The notes: generated from the sequence alone by a model not told the origin. A stretch of 64,000 bases of DNA from Methylophilales bacterium 28-44-11 (GCA_002281475.1 NCGC01000001.1:21264-85263), one strand, 5' to 3'. Counted from the first letter of the stretch, positions 40,985-50,567 are shown. Numbers and translations: made by a program.

Positions 40985-43900
40985 ATGCTTTCTTCCAATC
41001 AAATATCGTTGAATCAAGAAAGGTATCTAATTGCAGAGGAATTTACGCATACTAACTACACGTTAACAGTGAGTTATAGAATAAAAGGCAGTTTAGATTC
41101 AGAGAAGTTATTAGCATGTTTTCAAAGAGTAGTAGATAACAATGATGCGTTAAGAATCAAATTTAGCAAAAATGCTAATGGCGAGATATCCCAACATCTC
41201 ATGTCTAGCAACATCATTAAATACGACCTTCAAACACTTAGTACAGCAAGTCATGCACAAATAAAAGACATTATTCACGATTATTTTTATACTAAAAATA
41301 TAGTATTTGATGTGTTTACCACTAAATGTCAATTGCTTAAAATCAATGAAACTGAACATATTTTAACAATTGGATGCCACCATAGTTTGATGGATGGTCT
41401 TTCCATCGCTGTTCTAATGATGCAACTGGCAAAGGCATGGAATCAAAACAAAACAATACTGACCTCTTCAGGAAAATATCTAGACCTTCTCAATGAAAAT
41501 GGCCTGTTAAATCCATCTCATGAAACATTACAGGTGGTCAGCGCATATTGGAAAAATTATTTATCGAATGCAAATCCGGCAGTCCTTCCAAATGACTACA
41601 AATTAAATAGCCATCATAATGAAGACAAAGCACGCGCAAAACGATTAATTACAAATGAAGTCATTGAAAAAGTCGATGCCTTTGCAAAAATACATGACGT
41701 TTCAAGATTTCATGTGTTTTATTTAGCATTCAAGATACTAATTGCCAAACAAAGCGGAGCTACCGATGTCATCACCTCATTTGAGAGCCACGGCAGACAA
41801 GACTTAAAAAACGCTAGCAGAGCCATTGGTTTATTTTCTAACGCTTTGGCTTTAAGGTTACATGTGAATGACGAAGCGACCATTCACCAACTTTTGAACG
41901 ATTTAAAAATTGATGCTGAACAATGTATTGCACATCAGCTTTACCCTTATCAATACATTATTAAAGATGCCAAGATAAATCCGAAATATTCCTTTAATTG
42001 GTTCCCCAGATATTTACCTCCTAAACTAAATGGCTTGGAAATCACGCAAGAGGAGTTTCTTAACTTACAGTCAAGTTTTGACTTGAATTTACATTGCTAC
42101 ACCTATGATGATGGCATTAGTCTTGAGTTTTTTTATAATCCGACACTGTTTAGCAACAATCGCGTAGAAATTCAGCTGGAGCAAATAGAAAACATCGTCC
42201 AACAAATCATAGCAAACCCAACTCAGAAAATATCAAACGTCAAACTCATTAGCGATCAAGATAAACAATCTTTGCCTGACGTTAATTTAATTTTTGCAGA
42301 AAAAATCAACAAAAGAATAGACGAGGCATTCCTCCAACAAGCTTCAGTAAATCCTCAAAAAATTGCTTTGAAGTACCTAAATTTGGACTGGACATACGAA
42401 GAAGCGGAACAGGTGAGCAACAGGCTGGCGCAACTGCTAATCAACAAAGGGTTAGTGGCTGGAGATAAGGTGGCCATTTTGGGTTTGCGTTGCCCCGCCA
42501 TGATTATGGCTATGTTAGGGTCATTGAGAGCTGGTGCATCGTTCACTGTGTTAAACGCTGCGTATCCTGTCGCAATGATAAAAAATTATTGGGATACGCT
42601 TCATCCAGATTTTTTAATTACTTGTGATCAAGACTTGTCATCGGCTGAATTTAATTTTGTTAAATCACTTGATACAAAACTTGTGCAATTAGATGATGTA
42701 CTGAATATCAATGATTCACGATTAACCTCAGTGGGAGATCAAAAAGACTCCATCCCTCCAGCAACGCCAAACACTACCGCTTATTATTTGTTTACGTCTG
42801 GCACCACTAACGCACCTAAATGTATTGCGACCACACATTCCCCACTCGTACATTTTGTAGATTGGCAGATAGAAAAATTTAAAATAGGTTCAGAAGATCA
42901 GTTTACGTTGCTGTCTGGTATCTCGCATGACCCAGTTTTAAGGGATATTTTTACTGCATTAAGTGCTGGGGCGACCATCCTTATTCCGACAGAGGATGTC
43001 ATCTTTAATCCAGAAATGTTATACCAGTGGCTACTTAAAACTAAACCCACTATTTGTCATACAACGCCTGCAATGAGCAAGCTGATGTATAACGGCTTTA
43101 ACAAAAAAGATTATATTGTTTCTTTAAGAGCCATCTTTTCTGGTGGCGATCGGTTGGAAAGTCAACATATTAAAGAGATGATGACGATGGCTCCAAACGC
43201 CAGCATCATTAATTTTTATGGCGCTTCAGAAACACCGCAAGCCATGGCATACCATCCATTTGATAACGCATCACGAGGAGAAATCATTCCTATTGGCAAG
43301 CCGATTTCAGATACGCAAATTTTGGTGCTTAATCACAATCTTAACCCTGTGGGGTTATTTGAAATCGGCCAAATAGCGGTCAGAACAAAGTATCTTTCTG
43401 AAGGGTATGTTTCTACGCAGAACACAGAACATTCAGAAAATAAAAAGGCTTATTTAAAGGATTTATTCTCTGATGACCCAGAGATAAACATTTATTTGAC
43501 TGGTGATAATGGCTATTTCAGAGCTGATGGCAGTGCAGTATTTTTAGGTCGCAATGATGATGAAATAAAAATCAGAGGTCACCGAATCAATTTAAACGTC
43601 ATTAACAACAACATTAAAGTGATTCCTTTTGTTGAGGAAGCCTTTACATTTGTAGTGGATGATATCAGTGCCTCTACTGACAAAAAACGTTTGGTTGCCT
43701 ACGTACAAAAAAGTAAAACCTCTAACATGACCGCCATTGAGATTCGCAATAAGCTTTCTGAGTTATTGCCTAGCTACATGTTGCCCAGCCATTTTGTGTT
43801 TATTGAACAACTGCCCCTACTGCCCAATGGAAAAGTAGACCGGAAAAAACTGATTTCTACCTATATTGAACATGACAGTATTAGGTTAAATAAACACATT

Positions 43901-45109
43901 GCAGGCAGAAATGAGGTAGAAAATAATCTCATTTATTCATGGGCAAAAATTTTAAACATCAACCCGAGACAAGTGAGTGCTAAAGACAGTTTTACCACCC
44001 TAGATGGAGATTCTCTCTCCTTCATTCAGGCCTCATTAGTGTTAGAGCGTGAAATTGGAAAGATTCCTGAGGGTTGGCAATCACTCTCGATCGAAAAACT
44101 AGCAGAAATCAGTTATCAAGAACAAAAAAAACTAGATTTTCATACCGAAGTGTTGTTTCGTGCGATCGCCATTATTTTGGTTGTGATTGGTCACTTTTGG
44201 ATGGGTAATACCAACAAGCAGATAGAAGAACTATTTATTAATGCAACTTCTGCCTTACTGTTAATTGCAGGCTTCACATTTGCCAACTTTCCGATGAAGT
44301 CTATTCAGTACAAAAATAATATCTCACCTATTCTAAAAACAATCATACGCATTGCAGTACCAACCTTTTTAGTGACGCTGGTGCATGTTATTTATCGGTC
44401 AGATTATTCAATCAGTAAATTATTGTTTTTTGATAACTTTCACTGGGCACAATCACCCTATTGGTTTATTGAAGTATTGCTCCAGACGTTATTACTGGTT
44501 GCAATCATTTTTTCATTTAAACGCATACGGGCATTTGCAATTAAAACACCTTACCATTTTGGATTGATATCTCTATTTATATTTGCTCTTGCTGGCATGA
44601 TAATTCCATATTTTTGGTCACCTAATGACCTTAATCCTATGCAATTACCCCACATGAAGTCGTGGTTGTTTTTCTTTGGATGGTGCATTTTTTACATACA
44701 AGATAATCAACAAAAACTCACAATGGCAGCACTTGGCGTGATATTACCTATCATGATATTAGGTCAAATTAGTGTGCTTACATCCCTCTGTACATTACTT
44801 TTGATTTATATGCCAAAAATCAACATACCAAAAACGAAGCTAACCAGTGTATTGCATATGGTGATATACGCTGTGGCTTCTGCATCCCTTTATATCTACA
44901 TCACCCATATGCAATTTAGAGCGGTTCTTCACGCAATCGGATTTGATCAGTTTATATTGATTGATGTTGCAGTTGGTTTAGCGGGTGGCGTTTTGGTTCA
45001 CTATATTTGGCATTCCTTGATAGCTTCTACAGCAAGAAAAGTTGTGTCGCATATCAAAAACAAAGTAAATCTAATCAGCACTAAATTGGTGGGCAGGCGT
45101 TTGAGCTGA
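40985..45109 (+). CDS. single-module NRPS-like protein: condensation, adenylation, thiolation and C-terminal acyltransferase-3 membrane domain
   Basis: HHSLMDG; FTSGTTNAPK, YGASE, TGD, KIRGHRI, NGKVDR; LDGDSL; FRAIAIILVVIGH..SLYIYITH multi-TM tail. Confidence 0.88.
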   Translation: MLSSNQISLNQERYLIAEEFTHTNYTLTVSYRIKGSLDSEKLLACFQRVVDNNDALRIKFSKNANGEISQHLMSSNIIKYDLQTLSTASHAQIKDIIHDYFYTKNIVFDVFTTKCQLLKINETEHILTIGCHHSLMDGLSIAVLMMQLAKAWNQNKTILTSSGKYLDLLNENGLLNPSHETLQVVSAYWKNYLSNANPAVLPNDYKLNSHHNEDKARAKRLITNEVIEKVDAFAKIHDVSRFHVFYLAFKILIAKQSGATDVITSFESHGRQDLKNASRAIGLFSNALALRLHVNDEATIHQLLNDLKIDAEQCIAHQLYPYQYIIKDAKINPKYSFNWFPRYLPPKLNGLEITQEEFLNLQSSFDLNLHCYTYDDGISLEFFYNPTLFSNNRVEIQLEQIENIVQQIIANPTQKISNVKLISDQDKQSLPDVNLIFAEKINKRIDEAFLQQASVNPQKIALKYLNLDWTYEEAEQVSNRLAQLLINKGLVAGDKVAILGLRCPAMIMAMLGSLRAGASFTVLNAAYPVAMIKNYWDTLHPDFLITCDQDLSSAEFNFVKSLDTKLVQLDDVLNINDSRLTSVGDQKDSIPPATPNTTAYYLFTSGTTNAPKCIATTHSPLVHFVDWQIEKFKIGSEDQFTLLSGISHDPVLRDIFTALSAGATILIPTEDVIFNPEMLYQWLLKTKPTICHTTPAMSKLMYNGFNKKDYIVSLRAIFSGGDRLESQHIKEMMTMAPNASIINFYGASETPQAMAYHPFDNASRGEIIPIGKPISDTQILVLNHNLNPVGLFEIGQIAVRTKYLSEGYVSTQNTEHSENKKAYLKDLFSDDPEINIYLTGDNGYFRADGSAVFLGRNDDEIKIRGHRINLNVINNNIKVIPFVEEAFTFVVDDISASTDKKRLVAYVQKSKTSNMTAIEIRNKLSELLPSYMLPSHFVFIEQLPLLPNGKVDRKKLISTYIEHDSIRLNKHIAGRNEVENNLIYSWAKILNINPRQVSAKDSFTTLDGDSLSFIQASLVLEREIGKIPEGWQSLSIEKLAEISYQEQKKLDFHTEVLFRAIAIILVVIGHFWMGNTNKQIEELFINATSALLLIAGFTFANFPMKSIQYKNNISPILKTIIRIAVPTFLVTLVHVIYRSDYSISKLLFFDNFHWAQSPYWFIEVLLQTLLLVAIIFSFKRIRAFAIKTPYHFGLISLFIFALAGMIIPYFWSPNDLNPMQLPHMKSWLFFFGWCIFYIQDNQQKLTMAALGVILPIMILGQISVLTSLCTLLLIYMPKINIPKTKLTSVLHMVIYAVASASLYIYITHMQFRAVLHAIGFDQFILIDVAVGLAGGVLVHYIWHSLIASTARKVVSHIKNKVNLISTKLVGRRLS

Positions 45110-45138
45110 TTAATTATCCAATTCAACGATAAAAGTAA

Positions 45139-45822
45139 ATGACAGAACAAAAAGCTGGGCAACTCCACCCCTCTTGGCAAGCCATCATTGGCCACGAGCT
45201 TGATAAACCCTATATGCTAGCCTTGCGCACTTTTTTAAAACAAGAAAAGGCCGCTGGAAAAGTCATTTATCCGCCCAGTGCATTAATCTTCAATGCATTC
45301 AATCACACCCCTTTTGATCAGGTGCGCGTAGTGATTATTGGGCAAGATCCATATCATGGCCCTAATCAGGCACACGGCTTAAGTTTTTCTGTACCCAATG
45401 GAGTGGATTTACCACCGTCCCTACAAAATATTTTTAAAGAAATTTCTGCCGATTTAAATATTCAAATGCACCGTCATGGCGACTTAACGCCTTGGGCGGA
45501 TCAAGGTGTGCTTTTGCTGAATGCCACGCTCACAGTGGAGCAAGCCAAAGCTGGCTCTCATCAAAATAAGGGATGGGAGCAGTTTACTGATGCGGCCATT
45601 GCTGCATTAAACGAACATCGTGAGGGCTTGGTCTTTGTATTGTGGGGTAGTTATGCGCAAAAAAAAGGTGCCATGATTGACGATAACAAGCATTTAGTTC
45701 TGCAATCTGTGCATCCTTCTCCGTTGTCAGCGCATCGTGGCTTTTTTGGCAATCATCAGTTCTCAATGATCAATCAATACCTAACGAATCACGGCCAAAT
45801 ACCGATCCAATGGCAGCTTTAG
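45139..45822 (+). CDS. ung: uracil-DNA glycosylase (family 1)
   Basis: GQDPYH, GVLLLN, HPSPLS. Confidence 0.98.
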   Translation: MTEQKAGQLHPSWQAIIGHELDKPYMLALRTFLKQEKAAGKVIYPPSALIFNAFNHTPFDQVRVVIIGQDPYHGPNQAHGLSFSVPNGVDLPPSLQNIFKEISADLNIQMHRHGDLTPWADQGVLLLNATLTVEQAKAGSHQNKGWEQFTDAAIAALNEHREGLVFVLWGSYAQKKGAMIDDNKHLVLQSVHPSPLSAHRGFFGNHQFSMINQYLTNHGQIPIQWQL

Positions 45823-45916
45823 GCTTTAACCTCTGCAGTACCTTAGTCAAACTTCTTGTCATCACATAACAACTTGTTTACACTTTGCTGATTATCGCTG
45901 CTTGCATGCAATAGAC

Positions 45917-46028
45917 AAAAAAAACCCCGATTAAGGGGATTAAATCGGGGTGAACTGCCTCATCGTCTAAGGCTTCCGCTCAGGGAGGAAAGAAGCGGAA
46001 AGATGGTAAGCGTTAACTTATCCATCGT
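45917..46028 (-). ncRNA. candidate small RNA with anti-SD loop and intrinsic terminator
   Basis: three hairpins, loop UCUUUCCUCCCUG, terminal ACCCCGAUU..AAUCGGGG-U8, upstream ECF-like promoter. Confidence 0.65.
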
Positions 46029-46034
46029 ACATTC

Positions 46035-46063
46035 TATGACTAAGCCTATTTAGGCTTAGTTCC
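46035..46063 (-). promoter_or_regulatory. sigmaE/ECF-like promoter
   Basis: GGAACT-N17-GTCATA on minus strand; spacer is a palindrome. Confidence 0.55.
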
Positions 46064-46305
46064 CTTTTTTTTATGTTAAAAAAATCAACTTCTTTTGCGT
46101 AGTGATATAACCACCTCATGAAGTAATTTCCTGATCTTTCTTTAACGCCTTTTAATCAAAGTCTATCGCCTGCGTTTTCTACTCAATACTACATTTTTTT
46201 GTCTCACCCAGGTAATCACTGACTAGCTCGCTCATGCCAAAAACTTTCATTTCTATTTTTACAGCTACGATGAATGAAAATGAGTAGCCATGCGATAATA
46301 CGACG

Positions 46306-48270
46306 ATGGATACCGACACAATCTTATCTGGCCTCAATAATAAACAACTGGAAGCCGTTACCCTCCCCCAGCAATCTGCATTGATTTTAGCGGGAGCCGG
46401 CAGTGGAAAAACCCGAGTACTCACAACCCGCATTGCTTGGTTGATTCAAACTGGACAAGTATCACCGATGGGGTTAATGGCAGTGACCTTTACCAATAAG
46501 GCCGCCAAAGAAATGCTGACCCGTCTGACAGCTATGTTGCCGATAAACACACGCGGCATGTGGGCTGGTACCTTCCACGGTCTATGTAACAGGCTATTGC
46601 GCGCTCATTATCGCGAAGCGGGGTTACCCAGTACCTTTCAAATTTTAGATACGTCTGATCAGTTATCTAGCATCAAACGCTTAATGAAACTGTTAAATGT
46701 GGATGACGAGAAATATCCGCCCAAGCAGGTGCAAGGCTATATCAATAGTTGTAAAGAAGAAGGCTTACGCGCGCATGCGGTGGATGCCTACGATGCACAC
46801 TCGCAAAAATTGCGTGAAATTTACGAAGAGTATGACAAACAGTGCAACCGTGAAGGCGTAGCCGATTTTGCTGAATTGCTTTTGCGCTGCTACGAATTGT
46901 TAGAGCGCGATACACATATTCGCCAGCATTACCAAAGTCGCTTTCACTATATCTTGGTGGATGAGTTTCAAGATACCAATCGTTTACAGTATTTATGGTT
47001 GAAGCTATTGGCGGGTACTAGCAATTGTATTTTTGCTGTGGGTGATGATGATCAATCCATCTATGGTTTCCGCGGTGCACGTGTGGGTAATATGCGCGAT
47101 TTCGAGTCTGATTTTCATGTGCAAAACATCGTCAAACTAGAAGAAAACTATCGTTCGCATAGCAATATTTTAGATGCCGCTAACGCCATTATTTCGCACA
47201 ATAAAAATCGTTTAGGTAAAAACTTATGGACCACGGCAGGCAAAGGTGAGCCTGTGCGCATCTATGAAGCTTATAACGATACGGATGAAGCACAGTTTAT
47301 TGTCGATGAAGTGAATATGCTGCAAAACGAAGGCATGCGTTTGGGTGACATGGCGTTGCTGTATCGCAGTAATGCGCAATCGCGCATTCTTGAACATACC
47401 CTATTCTCAGCGAATATCCCTTACCGCGTGTATGGCGGCTTGCGATTTTTTGAACGTGCAGAAATCAAGCATGCGTTGGCGTATATGCGCTTAGTAGCTA
47501 ACGCCAATGACGATACCGCTTTATTACGTGTCATCAACTTTCCAGCCCGTGGCATTGGTGCGCGTAGCTTGGAGCAACTGCAAGAGGCTGCCCGGCAGCA
47601 AAATTGTAGCTTATGGCAAGCCGCTATCAATAAAGTCGGAAACGGAACCCTAGGTGGTAAAGGGATAGATGGGTTTGTTGGATTGATTCGTGAGATGGTA
47701 AATCAAGCCTATGGCATCACCTTGCCAGAACTTGCAGAACTTGCGGCGACGATGTCTGGCTTAAAAGCCCATTACCAATTAGACAAAGAAGGTGAAGACC
47801 GTATTGCCAACTTAGAAGAGTTGGTGACCGCCGCTGTAGCGTTTAGCAATCAGGATTTTGGCAATCACAACAATGTGGAAGAAGACGCTGATTTACTTAC
47901 ACAATTTTTAAACCATGCCAGCTTAGAAGCCGGTGAGCATCAGGCAGATGTTGGCCGTGAAGCCTTGCAATTGATGACAGTGCACGCCGCCAAAGGCTTG
48001 GAATTTAAAGCCGTATTTATTGGTGGTGTAGAAGAAGGCCTGTTTCCCCATGAGCAGAGCAAAAACGAAAACAATGGCGTGGAGGAAGAACGCCGTTTGA
48101 TGTATGTGGCCGTGACGCGGGCGCGGCAACGGCTGTATCTGAGCCACGCTCAAAGTCGCATGCTACATGGGCAAGTGCGTTATGGCATTCCCTCACGGTT
48201 TTTAGATGAAATAATTTGGCGAAGGTGTAGTGGTGAGCTACGAAGGCAATGCCAGCGATCTTGCGATTAA
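46306..48270 (+). CDS. uvrD: DNA helicase II, C-terminally frameshifted; native C-terminus continues in +1 frame to 48337
   Basis: AGAGSGKT, VDEFQD, MTVHAAKGLEF, YVAVTRA; FGEGVV..YAKLEKI* in next frame. Confidence 0.9.
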   Translation: MDTDTILSGLNNKQLEAVTLPQQSALILAGAGSGKTRVLTTRIAWLIQTGQVSPMGLMAVTFTNKAAKEMLTRLTAMLPINTRGMWAGTFHGLCNRLLRAHYREAGLPSTFQILDTSDQLSSIKRLMKLLNVDDEKYPPKQVQGYINSCKEEGLRAHAVDAYDAHSQKLREIYEEYDKQCNREGVADFAELLLRCYELLERDTHIRQHYQSRFHYILVDEFQDTNRLQYLWLKLLAGTSNCIFAVGDDDQSIYGFRGARVGNMRDFESDFHVQNIVKLEENYRSHSNILDAANAIISHNKNRLGKNLWTTAGKGEPVRIYEAYNDTDEAQFIVDEVNMLQNEGMRLGDMALLYRSNAQSRILEHTLFSANIPYRVYGGLRFFERAEIKHALAYMRLVANANDDTALLRVINFPARGIGARSLEQLQEAARQQNCSLWQAAINKVGNGTLGGKGIDGFVGLIREMVNQAYGITLPELAELAATMSGLKAHYQLDKEGEDRIANLEELVTAAVAFSNQDFGNHNNVEEDADLLTQFLNHASLEAGEHQADVGREALQLMTVHAAKGLEFKAVFIGGVEEGLFPHEQSKNENNGVEEERRLMYVAVTRARQRLYLSHAQSRMLHGQVRYGIPSRFLDEIIWRRCSGELRRQCQRSCD

Positions 48271-48376
48271 GATTAATTTTGGGCGAGAAGGCTTAAAAAC
48301 CTTAATGATGGAATATGCAAAACTAGAGAAAATCTAAAAAAAGTGTGTAAAACACTTTGAATTGATTGGAAAGAAA

Positions 48377-49174
48377 TTAAGCCCCCTCTACTGGCGCCGC
48401 TCTAAAAACGTCTCGATAACTCACATATTGCAAAGCAAACATCAGTGCAGTTGCCAGTAATAAACAACCAAATACCAGCATTGGCATTAACGCTTGTGCT
48501 AAAACTGGTACAAGCGCGCCAAGAATGCCTATGATCAATCCTGCTGCAAGCATTAGTCCCATAATGCCTGCCGACAATACTAACCAAGCGGCGCCCATGG
48601 CAATGGTATATTGCAAAACGCCTGCGATGCTTGATTTGATCGCATTCACCAGCGTGTAATTATTGACCGCAATCAACACAGGGGAAAACCATGTGGCGAC
48701 GAACAAAGGTAACAATAACAACAACATTTTGAGCATAAAGGGACCGAATTTACCCATGAATTTTTCATATTCTGTCTCACTCATGGCGGCACCTTTGTCC
48801 GCAAAGCTCATTAAGCCTTGAATGTCAGAGTTCAGCACATAGGTGGCCAAGGTGGCATACACTAAACAACCCAAGCCTAGTAACATCAATAAAGTAAATT
48901 TCGGTTGGATTTTTGCCAAGACTGCTTGGACTGTCTCTTGTTTACCCATTTCTGCATTGCGATACAGCATGACAGCAAAGGCTATAAATACTGGCCAAAT
49001 CAATACAGTAAGCAATGCAAATATGCCTAGCCCTGGAATCGATGGCAACATCATAAAAATGCCCACGTAGGAAATAGCCAACAACATCCATTTAGAGGGT
49101 TGAGTTTTAAACAAGGCTACACTTTCTTTTACCCAACTTAAGCCAGTTTTGGTACGTGATTCTAAGATAGCCAT
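48377..49174 (-). CDS. BPSS1780 family membrane protein
   Basis: GLSWVKE..LFK..W, ATWFSPVL, YVSYRDVF; follows thrB. Confidence 0.8.
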   Translation of the reverse strand: MAILESRTKTGLSWVKESVALFKTQPSKWMLLAISYVGIFMMLPSIPGLGIFALLTVLIWPVFIAFAVMLYRNAEMGKQETVQAVLAKIQPKFTLLMLLGLGCLVYATLATYVLNSDIQGLMSFADKGAAMSETEYEKFMGKFGPFMLKMLLLLLPLFVATWFSPVLIAVNNYTLVNAIKSSIAGVLQYTIAMGAAWLVLSAGIMGLMLAAGLIIGILGALVPVLAQALMPMLVFGCLLLATALMFALQYVSYRDVFRAAPVEGA

Positions 49175-49220
49175 TCAGTTACTTTCAAAAATTTAAACTT
49201 ATGTTACTGATTATATTGTG

Positions 49221-50153
49221 TTAAGCAAGAAGCGTATGTTTTCGATGCCTGAGGATGCGCTCAAAATGCATGGGGTCTTTTGCATGCGTTAATTCACCCA
49301 CCAACGGAAAGTGCAAATCATACAAACGTGATAACCAAAAACGTAATGCGGCACGTCTTAATAGGGCTTGCCATAGTTGCAGCTCACTTTGTTCAAATGG
49401 CCTTACTGCTTGATAAGCATTTAAAAACGCATCGCGCTTGGCTATATCAAAACTACCATCTTCATGGATACACCACTCATTGATTGCAATTGCCACATCG
49501 TACGCAAGCACATCATGGCAGGCATAATAAAAGTCAATAAAGCCCCCAAGATGGTCACCATCAAATAGAACATTGTCTCGGAACAAATCACCATGGATGA
49601 CCCCATGTGGCAAAGCAGTGAGATCTAAACTGTGTTGATAATCAAGCTCTTCTTGTAACAGTGATTGCTGATCGGCAGTGAGTTTAGGCAACACTTGCTG
49701 AGCGGTAATACTGCGCCAGCCTTGCCCACGTTGATTATGGGATTGCTCATGAAAGCTTAAGCCTGCCAGATGCAACCTGGCTAAAGTAGAAGCCACCGCT
49801 TCACACTGTGCGACATTAGGTTCGCTAATATCACGCCCTTGTAAACAGCTGACCATCAATGCTGGCTTGCCTTTTAAGCGATGCAACGCAAGGCCTTGCT
49901 GATCCACGAGAGGGGTTGGACATGGCACACCATGCTGGGCAAGATGTGTCATTAAATGCACAAAATAAGGCAACTCATCAAAGTCATTTTTTTCAAATAT
50001 GGTAAGCACATACTTTGATGTAGAAGTTTCTACAAAATAATTGGTATTGGTAATGCCAGCCGCAATACCCTTCAGTGATTGCAAGTTGCCAATATTAAAC
50101 TGCGTAAGCCAATCGCGAACATCTTCTAAGCTAAGTGTAGTAAAAACAGACAT
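49221..50153 (-). CDS. thrB: homoserine kinase type II
   Basis: MSVFT, GITNTNY, HGDLFRDN, IDFY, LRFWLSRL. Confidence 0.95.
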   Translation of the reverse strand: MSVFTTLSLEDVRDWLTQFNIGNLQSLKGIAAGITNTNYFVETSTSKYVLTIFEKNDFDELPYFVHLMTHLAQHGVPCPTPLVDQQGLALHRLKGKPALMVSCLQGRDISEPNVAQCEAVASTLARLHLAGLSFHEQSHNQRGQGWRSITAQQVLPKLTADQQSLLQEELDYQHSLDLTALPHGVIHGDLFRDNVLFDGDHLGGFIDFYYACHDVLAYDVAIAINEWCIHEDGSFDIAKRDAFLNAYQAVRPFEQSELQLWQALLRRAALRFWLSRLYDLHFPLVGELTHAKDPMHFERILRHRKHTLLA

Positions 50154-50207
50154 GTTGGTTAATTAATAATCACCAAAGAATGAAGAGGGCAATGCCCTCT
50201 TTTTAGG

Positions 50208-50567
50208 TTAGAAACGGAAAATAGTCCAATGTGGGACAGATAGCGGAGGGTTGGGTCCATCATTAATCCAAGGACCTTCTGGGTCGTTTTTGTGTAAATA
50301 GTACGGTTTACCACTTTGTGGTGTCACTTTCATCATGTACAACTTACCATTTAAACGATATTCCTCAATGGTTTCAGTGCCCTTCTTGCGGATTGTCACT
50401 TGTGGCTCTTCCATTGGCTCACCTTCAATGACCTTGGGCGGCGGAGGGACTTCTTCTAACAACTCTCGTTGTGATGCATTTCCATCTGCCGAAAATGCAG
50501 GCATGACAAAGCCTTGAAGAAGCAATATGCACAACATTCTAGGCAACAACTTCAAATAGCGCATCAT
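50208..50567 (-). CDS. DUF2782 family periplasmic protein
   Basis: EPQVTIR..IEEYRLNGKLYMMKVTP..PYYL. Confidence 0.88.
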   Translation of the reverse strand: MMRYLKLLPRMLCILLLQGFVMPAFSADGNASQRELLEEVPPPPKVIEGEPMEEPQVTIRKKGTETIEEYRLNGKLYMMKVTPQSGKPYYLHKNDPEGPWINDGPNPPLSVPHWTIFRF

